A stretch of DNA of 64,000 nt, taken from Sulfurimonadaceae bacterium. Its GTDB lineage: Bacteria > Campylobacterota > Campylobacteria > Campylobacterales > Sulfurimonadaceae. Under the pieces are notes generated by a model. That model searched no databases and was not told the origin of the DNA. It was given only the letters and a program-made list of their open reading frames with translations. The position numbers were made by a program, and so were the translations under genes. The DNA lies in the NCBI GenBank assembly GCA_041548245.1, contig JBFESZ010000001.1:57216-121215 (forward strand), written 5' to 3'. Below are positions 19,455-29,274 of this stretch, in pieces. Numbering within the stretch: position 1 is the first letter of the stretch; each line of letters starts with the position of its first letter.

Positions 19455-21003
19455 TCACACTCCTTTCATTAATCAGTTCATACTGCTTGTAGGAGAGGCC
19501 TGATTGAGATGGATTGAAACTCACCTGCCCCTCATTCTTGACTTTTTTCCCCTTGGTTTTGGAACTTGCACCTGCCTGTGCTGAGACTTTCATATTGGAA
19601 CTTCCTGCACCTTTTTTCTTCTGCCCATCTTTTTTTGCACTTTTTGCCGTGACACTCTCATTTTTCTTTTTTCCTTCTTGCTGTCCTGTTTGTAAGCCTT
19701 CATGCTTCTTTGCATCTGAGATATATAAAAGGTTCTCATCTGTCTCTTTGTCATAAGCGATGACGAGACTCTTCTTGTAGGCGACTTTTGCCTCTTCATA
19801 CATCTCAAGACGGACATAGGCATTGCCAAGATTGTGAAATACCTTTGCTTTCAGCGAAGCATCCCTTGAGCGGACTGCTTTATAAGTATCAATTGCTTCT
19901 TCATACTGTCCTGCTCTATAATAGGCATTGCCAAGGTTGTAATGGTCTTCTGGAGAACGCATGGACCGTGCTTTAAAATGTTTGAGTGCCTCAAGATGCT
20001 TTTTCTCTGCATAAGCTTCATCTCCGGCACTTTGTGTCGAGAACTCTCTCATATCCGCTTGTGCGTTTATCCCCAGTATGACAGCGAGAAAGAGCACCGC
20101 TTTAAATATATGCGTATGAAGTTTTGTCACGCCTAAAAGAAAAGACAACAATGCCAAGAAAAGTGGATAGTAAAAAAGTTCCTGATACATCATCAGATCA
20201 CTGCTTGAGATCTTTTTTTCTCTTGAATCCAGCCAAGCAGATATCTCCTGAACGGCATTTTGACCGGCTTCGATAAAGACACCATCGGTCGCCTGTGACA
20301 AGCTTTGAGCATTCGCATTTTTTGAACTTATCACCAGGTGATCTGCACTGTCTTTAAGCCATTGCCCATCTTTGTCCTTCAGGCGCGCACCAGAGTTTGT
20401 CGCCATCATAACCACGCTTATGCTTATGCCGTGATCATCCGCATAAGCGATCTCTTTGGAAAAATCTTTTGCATCTCCACCATCACCGACAATAATAAGG
20501 TTTTTGGTCTTTAGAGTAGAGAGTTTTGTACTCAGCTCCAAGACTGAGGCCATATTAGTACCCTTTGTGATGACCAGTTCAGGTGAGATCAGATCAAGCT
20601 GATGCGAAAGCAGTTCATCATCCGAGCTCAAAGGCGAGAGTATGATAGCGTTTGTCGTAAATCCCAGTAATGCGAAACGTTCATGTACACGTTCTTGGAT
20701 CAGAGCCTTTATAAAAGCCTTCGAAGCCTCCAGTCGGGTTGGTTGAATATCATCAGCCTGCATAGAGTAGGAAAGGTCCAAAGCGATAACCACTTCCGAA
20801 CCTTCAAACTCCTGCTTGATCACGCCCTTGTCCAGAACAGGACGTGCCAAGGATACAATCATCATGATCAGTGAAAGGTACAGGAATATAAGTTTCTGTC
20901 TTGTCTGGCTCGCTATAGCATGCTCTTTTTTCTTCTTTCGATACAGCATCATCAACAACAGCGCCAGAATCATCCAAAAATAGTGAGGGGATAAAAAACT
21001 CAT
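19435..21003 (-). CDS. VWA + TPR protein, BatB/BatC-like (set 2)
   Basis: DLSYS MIDAS, GDGG, TPR YNLGN/HNLGN, K/S/G-rich tail, C-terminal PW. Confidence 0.85.
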   Translation of the reverse strand: MSFLSPHYFWMILALLLMMLYRKKKKEHAIASQTRQKLIFLYLSLIMMIVSLARPVLDKGVIKQEFEGSEVVIALDLSYSMQADDIQPTRLEASKAFIKALIQERVHERFALLGFTTNAIILSPLSSDDELLSHQLDLISPELVITKGTNMASVLELSTKLSTLKTKNLIIVGDGGDAKDFSKEIAYADDHGISISVVMMATNSGARLKDKDGQWLKDSADHLVISSKNANAQSLSQATDGVFIEAGQNAVQEISAWLDSREKKISSSDLMMYQELFYYPLFLALLSFLLGVTKLHTHIFKAVLFLAVILGINAQADMREFSTQSAGDEAYAEKKHLEALKHFKARSMRSPEDHYNLGNAYYRAGQYEEAIDTYKAVRSRDASLKAKVFHNLGNAYVRLEMYEEAKVAYKKSLVIAYDKETDENLLYISDAKKHEGLQTGQQEGKKKNESVTAKSAKKDGQKKKGAGSSNMKVSAQAGASSKTKGKKVKNEGQVSFNPSQSGLSYKQYELINERSVNEENPW

Positions 21004-21893
21004 GCTACTCCCCTAAAACGTGTTGACATATAATAGACAAGCAAGAAAAATCCCATCAATACGGCATACTGATAAAAATACTCTTTTTTCAAAAACTGCT
21101 GACTCTTTATCTCAGAGCTCTCCATCTTGTTGATATCCTCATAGACTTCGTTCAACTCTTCTTCATTTTTGGCAGCATAAGACTTTCCTCCCGTTTGATC
21201 CGCAACTTCTTTCAAAAGGGCCGGGTTAAAGTCATCGCCTACCGCTATTGTATAGATTTTGATGCCTCTTTGTTGAGCCAGCTCGACAGCATCTTTTGGC
21301 GAGATTCTTCCGCTGTTATGCTCACCATCTGAAAGCAGAACAATCACCTTGCTCTTGGCTTTGGAAAAAGAAAGCGCGCGAATCGCCTGTTCAATCCCCT
21401 CACCAATTGCCGTATTATCTCCCGCCATACCTGTCTGAAGATAAGAGACCATCTCTGATACAATATCTTTCTCATAGGTCACAGGCGAAGCGATAAAGGC
21501 ATAATCACCAAATAGCACAACCCCGACATTATCGTTGAGACGTTTGGCAATAAACTGACGAACAACCCGCTGCACTGTCTCAAAACGCGTCTCTCTTTTT
21601 TCACTAAGACCCGAAGCACGCATCGAACCGCTTGCATCAATGGAAAGGACGATATCTATCCCTACTCTGTTCAACGGGTTATTCTTGTCAATCAATACGG
21701 GTGAAGCCAAAGCCGTAATCAGAGAAACAGCTATGAGTACTTTTAGCAGGTCCTGAACCCAAAAGCGTGGCCGCTTAAGGGCAAAAAGCTCCAGATGTAC
21801 AAAGTTTCGTTTGATAATCACTTCGCGACACTTATACAAACAATAGATTATGGGCAATAATAAAAGAAATACAGAAGCATATTCAAAATTCAT
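21000..21893 (-). CDS. VWA domain protein, BatA-like (set 2)
   Basis: DASGS MIDAS, TAIGEG, LLSDG; paralogous to 15129-16040. Confidence 0.87.
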   Translation of the reverse strand: MNFEYASVFLLLLPIIYCLYKCREVIIKRNFVHLELFALKRPRFWVQDLLKVLIAVSLITALASPVLIDKNNPLNRVGIDIVLSIDASGSMRASGLSEKRETRFETVQRVVRQFIAKRLNDNVGVVLFGDYAFIASPVTYEKDIVSEMVSYLQTGMAGDNTAIGEGIEQAIRALSFSKAKSKVIVLLSDGEHNSGRISPKDAVELAQQRGIKIYTIAVGDDFNPALLKEVADQTGGKSYAAKNEEELNEVYEDINKMESSEIKSQQFLKKEYFYQYAVLMGFFLLVYYMSTRFRGVA

Positions 21894-21978
21894 TCTCTAA
21901 TTCTAACGCATTAAGCTGTAAATTAAGTGTATTAATTGATAAGTCAATTGTTGATTTTACATTTTTACCCAATATCCC

Positions 21979-22007
21979 TTGACAATTCCCAGCCTTTATC
22001 CTATAAT
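21979..22007 (+). promoter_or_regulatory. Consensus sigma70 promoter of the tRNA operon
   Basis: TTGACA (21979-84), 17 bp, TATAAT (22002-07), then a GC-rich discriminator. Confidence 0.8.
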
Positions 22008-22041
22008 TTCGGCCTCATAAGCAAAACAGCTTTTGAAAAAT

Positions 22042-22117
22042 GTCTTGTTAGCTCAGCCGGTAGAGCATCTCACTTTTAATGAGGTGGCCGTAGGTTCGAA
22101 TCCTACACAGGACACCA
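22042..22117 (+). tRNA. tRNA-Lys(TTT)
   Basis: Cloverleaf; acceptor GTCTTGT/ACAGGAC, anticodon loop CTTTTAA, GTTCGAA T-loop, encoded CCA. Confidence 0.96.
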
Positions 22118-22122
22118 TTTTT

Positions 22123-22197
22123 GGCCCCATCGTCTAGCGGTTAGGATCCATGGTTTTCATCCATGTTACCGGAGTTCGAGTCTCCGTGGGGTCACCA
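22123..22197 (+). tRNA. tRNA-Glu(TTC)
   Basis: Cloverleaf; anticodon stem CATGG/CCATG with loop TTTTCAT, GTTCGAG T-loop, encoded CCA. Confidence 0.96.
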
Positions 22198-22568
22198 CTT
22201 TTTTCAATATCCATACAAACTATTATTCAAAATCAATTACAATATAGAAAACACTCTTTTTCTCTAAATCCTAAAGATATAGTTATATATGTGAGCTGAT
22301 CATTTCGGCATGTTCACAAAAGTTTTCAACTTCCTTTGTAACCAGACATTCATATACTTAACAATACCCTCGATCTTCAACAAAAATATACTTCAAGAAC
22401 CACTGTCTACAGGTAAATAGAAACATAAAAAAAGTTAAGAAATCTTTTAGCAAAAAATGTTTTTTCCAGGAGTATAATTCCGCCGTTAATCAGGCTGACA
22501 GAAGAGTGTTTTGTGGACTGCTTTTCTTGAAAACAGCTGTTATTATTTTCTATTACAGGAAACATTTT

Positions 22569-22715
22569 ATGCGAACATCAAAATGGTCTATATGCAAAAG
22601 CCCATCTAATCAAAGCAAATGGTCTATCGTAGGTAAAACTATTGGACGTAAAAGCACTAAACGCACAACGCCACGTAAGAGCAAATGGTCGATAGGCTCT
22701 ACGCGCTCATCATAA
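22569..22715 (+). CDS. 48-aa basic peptide with three SKWSI repeats
   Basis: AGGA RBS before ATG 22569; TATAAT about 95 nt upstream; the repeats differ only by synonymous codons. Confidence 0.7.
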   Translation: MRTSKWSICKSPSNQSKWSIVGKTIGRKSTKRTTPRKSKWSIGSTRSS

Positions 22716-22958
22716 CACATACAATACGCAATGGGTGATTAGAACAAAGATCAACGTACAAGAGATTGAAAAAAAACAGGCAAATACACCTAACTGTCTT
22801 TGCTTGATATATTCACTCTTTTGGCAATTGAAAACATCTAATTTGTACCCCACTGTACCTTTAACACCTCAAATATTCTTTCACTGTAAACTTACAAAAA
22901 TATTTTTTACGTTACTATATAAACGAAATAATGATTTAGATCAATCCGATGGAATGAG

Positions 22959-24353
22959 ATGCTGAACAAGAATCAAAAGAACAATATACTGATCATTGAT
23001 GACAACCCTAAAAACATTCAGCTTGCTGCCAACGTTCTTAAAACAACTGATCTTTTTAATATCTTCTTTGCCACAAGTGGTGAAGAGGGGATCAAGCAAC
23101 TTGAAAAAAAAGAGTACTCCTTGGTACTCCTTGACATCAATATGCCAGGAATCGACGGATATCAAACCGCTGATCTCATCAAAAAAAACCCAAGAACAAA
23201 CAATATCCCTATTATTTTTTTATCCGCCAATGCGAATCCGGAAAGTATCAGTAAAGGATTTGAACATGGCGGTAAAGACTATATTACAAAACCCTTTCAA
23301 CAGTTGGAACTTATCCATCGTGTCAAAACTCATGTCGAACTTTATCTGGCAAAAAAAGAGCTACAGTCTAAAGTAAAAGAATCACATGTCCTTTTGGAAC
23401 AATACAAAGAGGCGATAGATGTGAGTTCTCTGGTCTCAAAAACTGACCTTAAGGGTATTATCACCTATGTCAATGAGCCCTTTTGCAAGATATCTCAATA
23501 CTCAAAAGAGGAACTTTTAGGAAAGTCCCACAGGATCATCCGTCATCCAGATATGCCCAAAGAGGTCTTTGTACAGATATGGGACACTATCACACACAAG
23601 AAAATCTGGAAAGGGACTATACAAAACCAGGCTAAAGATGGGAGTTCTTACTTCGTCGAAGCAACCATTATCCCTATTTTGAACCACCATGACGAGATCA
23701 TTGAATATATCAGTGTACGTACCGACATCACTAAACAGATAGAAGCCAAAGAGCGCATTATCAGCTCTCAAAAAGAGATCCTTTACACGCTGGGCGAGAT
23801 GGGTGAGCTTCGATCTAAAGAGACAGGTGATCATGTCAACCGTGTTGCACTTTACTCCGAACTTTTGGCCAAACATTATGGTCTTCAAGACCAGGAGGTC
23901 AATATGCTAAAGATGGCGAGTCCCATGCATGATATCGGCAAGGTCGCCATCTCCGACTCTATATTGCTCAAACCCGGCAAATTGAGTCTTGAAGAGTTTG
24001 AAGAGATGAAAAAGCACTCCGTCATAGGCTATGAGATCTTTAAAAAATCCACCCATAGACTTCTGCAAATGGCTGCGACCATCTCCCATGAGCACCATGA
24101 AAAATGGGATGGAACAGGATATCCACGGGGGTTAAAAGGCGAAGAAATTTCAATCTGCGGACGTATTACAGCTGTTGCCGATGTCTTTGATGCACTTAGC
24201 CATGACAGAGTATATAAAGAAGCATGGCCACTTGAAAAGGTGATTGACTTTATGAAAGAAGAGAGCGGAAAGTCCTTTGAACCAAGACTTGTAGAGATTC
24301 TACTTGAGAACATCGATGCCATTATCGATATCAAAAACAGATACAACAAATAG
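22959..24353 (+). CDS. Response regulator REC-PAS-HD-GYP (c-di-GMP phosphodiesterase)
   Basis: LLDINMP REC; PAS/PAC; HDIGK, HHEKWDGTGYP, DVFDAL. Confidence 0.92.
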   Translation: MLNKNQKNNILIIDDNPKNIQLAANVLKTTDLFNIFFATSGEEGIKQLEKKEYSLVLLDINMPGIDGYQTADLIKKNPRTNNIPIIFLSANANPESISKGFEHGGKDYITKPFQQLELIHRVKTHVELYLAKKELQSKVKESHVLLEQYKEAIDVSSLVSKTDLKGIITYVNEPFCKISQYSKEELLGKSHRIIRHPDMPKEVFVQIWDTITHKKIWKGTIQNQAKDGSSYFVEATIIPILNHHDEIIEYISVRTDITKQIEAKERIISSQKEILYTLGEMGELRSKETGDHVNRVALYSELLAKHYGLQDQEVNMLKMASPMHDIGKVAISDSILLKPGKLSLEEFEEMKKHSVIGYEIFKKSTHRLLQMAATISHEHHEKWDGTGYPRGLKGEEISICGRITAVADVFDALSHDRVYKEAWPLEKVIDFMKEESGKSFEPRLVEILLENIDAIIDIKNRYNK

Positions 24354-24356
24354 ATT

Positions 24357-24926
24357 ATGAAACACAAACTCGTAGCCTATTTTATCATCCTTCTTGTACT
24401 CTTTCTCTCTGTCACAGTAATGCTTATACCTACCCTTTTTACGAAAGGCATTTCACGAGTTGAACTAAAACAGGACCTGGACCTTGAACTGATTTTGGAC
24501 AAAAAACATAATATCGAGCTGGTTTTCTTCGGTTATGCTGGCTGCAATAAGATCTGTACTCCTAGACTTGAAGCCTTGGGGGAATGGTATGCTCAGCTTT
24601 CTGATGAAACGCAAAAATATTTTGGCCTCAAGTTTTTGGACATCTCCATGCGTAAGGATACATCGCTTCCTGAGAGTTTTGCAAAAGCCTTTCATGAAGA
24701 GTTTGAAGGCGTCTTTTTGGATAAAGATGTTGTAAGGCACTACACCAAAGCTTTTCGCGTCTATTTCTCCCCTTCACTCCTTGATAAAAACGAAATAGAC
24801 CATACTTCACATCTCTATCTCGTAAAAAGAGACAGCAAAGGGAAACAGCTCCGTTTTATATATACCGCCTACCCCTATGACTTTAAACAGATACAATCAG
24901 ATATACAGGAACTGATCCATGAATAA
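24357..24926 (+). CDS. Sco1/SenC-family membrane-anchored copper chaperone
   Basis: N-terminal TM helix, [11 protein letters not shown] (CxxxC), distal IDHTS.LYL His. Confidence 0.82.
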   Translation: MKHKLVAYFIILLVLFLSVTVMLIPTLFTKGISRVELKQDLDLELILDKKHNIELVFFGYAGCNKICTPRLEALGEWYAQLSDETQKYFGLKFLDISMRKDTSLPESFAKAFHEEFEGVFLDKDVVRHYTKAFRVYFSPSLLDKNEIDHTSHLYLVKRDSKGKQLRFIYTAYPYDFKQIQSDIQELIHE

Positions 24927-26976
24927 ACTGCTCTATCTACTTTTTTACAAACCAAGATTTTCCCAACTGCGGCAGGATGAGTATGAACGTTCCGACAAGT
25001 TCATGCTTAAGCTGATCGCTTTTCACTGGCTTCTTGTCGCTCTTGGTGGTATGTTTCTGTTCAATGAATACTATCTGGGAAACATAGGCGGGGCCCTACT
25101 TTTTTTTATAAGCTGGTATGCCTATAAATATTATAAGGGTAGTCAGCTTTTTAGGAATCTTGTAGCCATCGTCCTGCTGACATTTTCTATTATCATGATC
25201 CAGCAGAGCTTTGGACGACTGGAGATGCACTTTCATATCTTTGTCGCCCTCTCCTTTCTCATCATTTATAGAGATATGAAAAACATTACGGCAGGGGCTG
25301 TCTATATCATCATCCATCACCTCATCTTCAACTCTTTGCAAGAACATAATGTTCAGCTGCTTGATACACCTGTCATCGTGTTCAACTATGGCTGCGGTCT
25401 TGATATCGTTCTACTTCATGCCTTCTTTGTTATCTTCGAATGGTTTGTCCTGTCTAAAATGGTCATACTTATGGAAGATCGTTTCATGGAACTCATCCGA
25501 ACAAGAGAGGCCCTTCAATCCGTCAATACAAACCTTGAAAGCCTAGTATCCATCCGTACACAAGAGCTCGAAGAAGCCAAGAGTGAAGCAGAAAAGGCCA
25601 ACAAACTAAAATCAGAGTTTTTAGCCAATATGAGCCATGAGATCCGTACCCCGATGAACGCTATCATCGGTTTTACCGATCTTCTGGAGGAGAACGTAAA
25701 AGAGCCTACTAACATCAACTATGTCCAATCCGTTAAAAATAGTGGGAAGCTCCTTCTTACCATCATCAACGATATACTGGACCTCTCTAAAGTTGAAGCA
25801 GGTAAGATGCATATTGAACTGGCACCTACCAACCTGCAAGACATTGCAGACGAACTCTCTCCCATCTTTATGCTTAAAGCGCGTTCAAAAGGTCTTGATT
25901 TTAAAATCGAAACAGAAGACAATCTAAATGCTCCCCTTATGCTGGATGAAGTCCGTCTGCGACAGATTCTCTTCAATCTGATCAGCAATGCCATAAAGTT
26001 TACCCATGAAGGTCATGTATATGTGAACTTTAAAACCGTGGACCTTGAAACGCATACTGACCTTATCATCACCGTCGAAGATACCGGTATAGGTATCCCT
26101 GATGATCAGCAAGAGAGTATCTTCAGCGCCTTTATACAACAAAAAAACCAGATGACAAAAACTTACGGAGGAACCGGACTCGGCCTGGCAATCGTTAAAC
26201 AGTTACTTGATCTCATGAATGGTCATATCAAGCTTGAAAGTGAGGTTAATAAAGGTTCAATCTTTACCATCACCCTTAAAAATATTTCCAAATCGACTCA
26301 CAAAAGAAAAGATTCGGTCAAACCAAATCAAGTGGTATTTGAACCTGCTACGATAGTGATTGCTGATGATATTGAACTGAATCGTACACTGATTTGTGCT
26401 TATCTGGAAAAGATGCCCTTTAAGCTGTTAATAGCAACCAATGGTGAAGAGACCTTGAGACTTATCGAAGAGCACAGTGTTGACCTTGTTTTGACTGATA
26501 TCAAGATGCCGATAATGGATGGTTACGAATCGACTAAGGTTATCAAATACAAATATCATATACCTGTCATTGCAATTACCGCTTCCGTTCTAATCAGCGA
26601 ACAGAACAAGGAGAATGAGATCTTCGATCTACTGTTGGAAAAACCCTTATCCTCAGAGAAACTCATGCAGGCACTTTCTGAGTTCATTAATCATACCACT
26701 GTCATTGATACACAATTTCCGGATGAAGAGATACAGATCAAGAGTATCGAACTGACTCCATACCTATCATCCTGTCCACAACTGGCCAATGCCCTTGTCA
26801 GTGCCAAAGAGGATGGCGATATGGATGCGATTGACACGTTTGCAAAAATGCTTGAAGAGTGTTCTCAAAACGAACAGATTAAAGAGTTTCATCTCATTGC
26901 CGAACAGCTCACCCATGCAATAGAGAGCTTTGATATAGAGACATGTCAAAACCTGCTTAGCAAGTTTAAACTATAG
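24919..26976 (+). CDS. Hybrid histidine kinase with His-rich polytopic membrane input domain, HisKA, HATPase and REC
   Basis: About 6 TM helices; [36 protein letters not shown]. Confidence 0.92.
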   Translation: MNKLLYLLFYKPRFSQLRQDEYERSDKFMLKLIAFHWLLVALGGMFLFNEYYLGNIGGALLFFISWYAYKYYKGSQLFRNLVAIVLLTFSIIMIQQSFGRLEMHFHIFVALSFLIIYRDMKNITAGAVYIIIHHLIFNSLQEHNVQLLDTPVIVFNYGCGLDIVLLHAFFVIFEWFVLSKMVILMEDRFMELIRTREALQSVNTNLESLVSIRTQELEEAKSEAEKANKLKSEFLANMSHEIRTPMNAIIGFTDLLEENVKEPTNINYVQSVKNSGKLLLTIINDILDLSKVEAGKMHIELAPTNLQDIADELSPIFMLKARSKGLDFKIETEDNLNAPLMLDEVRLRQILFNLISNAIKFTHEGHVYVNFKTVDLETHTDLIITVEDTGIGIPDDQQESIFSAFIQQKNQMTKTYGGTGLGLAIVKQLLDLMNGHIKLESEVNKGSIFTITLKNISKSTHKRKDSVKPNQVVFEPATIVIADDIELNRTLICAYLEKMPFKLLIATNGEETLRLIEEHSVDLVLTDIKMPIMDGYESTKVIKYKYHIPVIAITASVLISEQNKENEIFDLLLEKPLSSEKLMQALSEFINHTTVIDTQFPDEEIQIKSIELTPYLSSCPQLANALVSAKEDGDMDAIDTFAKMLEECSQNEQIKEFHLIAEQLTHAIESFDIETCQNLLSKFKL

Positions 26977-27040
26977 GAAAATGAACTAAAGTGATATCTT
27001 AATGATTTATCGCTATAATCATTTAAAAAAAGGATCTCAC

Positions 27041-27337
27041 ATCAAACTGTTTTTTCTATTCTTATTGAGTATAAGCCTGTATGCCGGAGACTATGAAAAA
27101 GGTTGGGATGCTATACGAAAAGGCGACTTCCAAACGGCATTAAACCTGTGGAAACCCTTAGCTGAACAGGGAAACGCTGATGCCCAAAGCAACCTGGCCT
27201 TGATTTATTGTAACGGTGATGGTCTTATGCCCGATTATAAAGAGTGTACCTACTGGGCCAAAAAAGCACGTGCTCAAGGCAAAGATGTCTCTAAACTTTG
27301 GAATGACTTCCAGCTTTGGAAATACGATAACTTTTAA
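27041..27337 (+). CDS. Small secreted Sel1-repeat protein (apparent ATC start; track start 27002)
   Basis: W.PLAEQGNADAQ.NL...Y..GDG Sel1 motif; signal peptide KLFFLFLLSISLYA. Confidence 0.75.
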   Translation: MKLFFLFLLSISLYAGDYEKGWDAIRKGDFQTALNLWKPLAEQGNADAQSNLALIYCNGDGLMPDYKECTYWAKKARAQGKDVSKLWNDFQLWKYDNF

Positions 27338-27387
27338 GAAGAGACTTTACTCGGGGTGTATCCTTTAAAACACAAAGGTAAACGCTC

Positions 27388-28305
27388 CTATTCCACCTCG
27401 AACAAGACAAGTATGCATTTTTGAAGAAAGCTGCCATTATCATCACTGATCATTAAATAACTCTTTTTACCTACACGCGTCAATCCCTCAAAATTATCCA
27501 AGGTCCATCCATCTGAACTGTTTAACCTGGCCAAAATCTCTACTGGGCACAATGTTCCTTCACACTCCACTATAGGTACTTTTTTTAACCATATGGTACG
27601 CCCCAGACCAAAAAGACGAAACTCCCGCTCAAGCACTAAAAGACTTCCATCCGACATCGTCTCTATCGCAGTTATATCGGCATCAGCCTTGAACGAGCAC
27701 CTTTTTTTATGGCTGAATAGTGTATGTTTGTTTTCATCCCCATGTTTCAGAGGTCGCTGTGGAGCAGTGATCATGCCAAATTCCGGATGCATGACAACAG
27801 ATTCCAAAGCACTGTTCTTCCCCTGATAGTTATTGATATCGCGTAAAACAGATGGTATTTCAAAGTTTTTCAGTTTTACCCCATTAAGATCAAACATAGA
27901 CACCTTTGGCTTTCTCTCAAAAGAGATGACTAAATGCCCATCAAGAAAATCCATCCCCTCCGCATCACGTTTACTCTTCGATAGCACCTGAGCCTTTTTG
28001 TCCTTCAGACGAAATGCGTTTCTAAGCGACAACGTTTCTATTCTCTTATTAGCCAACACAAAGTAAAGTTCAAAGACATGCCCTTGATCGCTTAGTGCAT
28101 AAAGCGAGCTTTTCCCATCAAAAGCGAGATCTGAGATACCCGTAAAATCAAGCCCATCGATACCCTCAAACGTAAGTACCCTGCTGTCAAGTATACTTAT
28201 ACCCCTGATATCGCCAAGAGTGGGTGACTTAGGTGCAAAGACAATCTCTTGCATCTGTGCATATAGGTTCAGACAGATAAGAACAAGTACGCCATAGACT
28301 CTGAT
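27388..28305 (-). CDS. Esterase-like activity of phytase family beta-propeller (apparent ATC start; track start 28254)
   Basis: G.S.L, ALSDQG, DAEG, ISFE, N.ALE, DNFEG, ISDDN motifs; in-frame signal peptide upstream of the first ATG. Confidence 0.8.
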   Translation of the reverse strand: MRVYGVLVLICLNLYAQMQEIVFAPKSPTLGDIRGISILDSRVLTFEGIDGLDFTGISDLAFDGKSSLYALSDQGHVFELYFVLANKRIETLSLRNAFRLKDKKAQVLSKSKRDAEGMDFLDGHLVISFERKPKVSMFDLNGVKLKNFEIPSVLRDINNYQGKNSALESVVMHPEFGMITAPQRPLKHGDENKHTLFSHKKRCSFKADADITAIETMSDGSLLVLEREFRLFGLGRTIWLKKVPIVECEGTLCPVEILARLNSSDGWTLDNFEGLTRVGKKSYLMISDDNGSFLQKCILVLFEVE

Positions 28306-28331
28306 CTCACACCTCCCGACCCAAAAGCTTT

Positions 28332-28835
28332 TTATAATCCGTTTTGAAAGTTCATCTTCTGAGCGATAATCTCTTCATTATCCACATAGCGCATACACCC
28401 CTTACCATCCAATTCAAGACATATCTTCTGCCAAAGATCACTATGCCCATCTTTTGAGTCATTGGCTTTTAGAAGGAAGACCAGAGCATGGGCATATTCA
28501 TGAGGGATCACCTCATCGATCATATACTTACTACTCTCTTGAAAACGCTTTTTATTAAGATAGATACTTATCTTTCCCTCTTCATATCGTGTCAATCCAT
28601 ACAATCGGCTGCTAAACTTGTCCGATATGACTAACGGAATCTGCGCCTCTATCGCATATTTTTCACGAATCAGGGAGAGCACTTCGTTTTGCCTCTGTAT
28701 GATGGCTTTTTGGACACTCTCTGGAAGGGGATTGTTTTTAAAGTGATTGACTTGATACCAGTTAAATACGAGATAGCCTAAGGCAAGGAAAACAGCCAGA
28801 ACAAAAATCACCTCCAGCCTTTTAACGAAACTCAC
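28332..28835 (-). CDS. SprT-like zinc metalloprotease
   Basis: VIPHEYAH...GH...W...C; N-terminal TM helix. Confidence 0.8.
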   Translation of the reverse strand: MSFVKRLEVIFVLAVFLALGYLVFNWYQVNHFKNNPLPESVQKAIIQRQNEVLSLIREKYAIEAQIPLVISDKFSSRLYGLTRYEEGKISIYLNKKRFQESSKYMIDEVIPHEYAHALVFLLKANDSKDGHSDLWQKICLELDGKGCMRYVDNEEIIAQKMNFQNGL

Positions 28836-28837
28836 CG

Positions 28838-29206
28838 CTATGCCCAGTCCTTGAACTTGTCATCTCGATGCTTGTCTTTTTTATAACGTCTATTCTTACT
28901 GCTTTGTTCAAGTTTGTTTGCACTATGCAGTATCTCTTTTGCGATTTCATCAATACTCAGATCACTCGCGGCCATGCTCTTCATTTTTTTGACCAAAGTC
29001 TCTAACTCTGTCAATTCGCTTTTATACAGGGCTACAGGCTCTGTTCGGTCTAAATACTTTGAGTTGTTCTCAATCCGTTTGATATATTGTTCTTTGGTAG
29101 GTTCTTCACTTTTGGACAGATATGAAATAATACTGTTAAAAAAACGTTCCAGTAAACGGACGTAACGTAAACGTTGAGCATTTTCTATCTTTTTATCCGA
29201 TGCCAT
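28838..29206 (-). CDS. Hypothetical protein
   Basis: 122-aa helical ORF, first gene of the operon with SprT. Confidence 0.75.
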   Translation of the reverse strand: MASDKKIENAQRLRYVRLLERFFNSIISYLSKSEEPTKEQYIKRIENNSKYLDRTEPVALYKSELTELETLVKKMKSMAASDLSIDEIAKEILHSANKLEQSSKNRRYKKDKHRDDKFKDWA

Positions 29207-29274
29207 GCTTTAACTACTTTTTTGTATAATTCTATCGTAATAAAATTTTAGACTCTCTGTCACATGGAATTAAA

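Noticed and set aside
22569-22715. SKWSI repeats as a CRISPR array or a RiPP gene cluster
   Set aside because: The repeats are only about 15 nt, irregularly spaced and synonymously varied. There are no cas, radical SAM, peptidase or transporter genes nearby.
22735-22965. 76-aa ORF upstream of the HD-GYP regulator
   Set aside because: AT-rich promoter-like sequence with no good RBS or recognisable motif.
22042-27000. Genomic island integrated at tRNA-Glu/Lys
   Set aside because: No integrase or transposase, and I did not find a duplicated tRNA 3' end. The downstream genes look native in composition.
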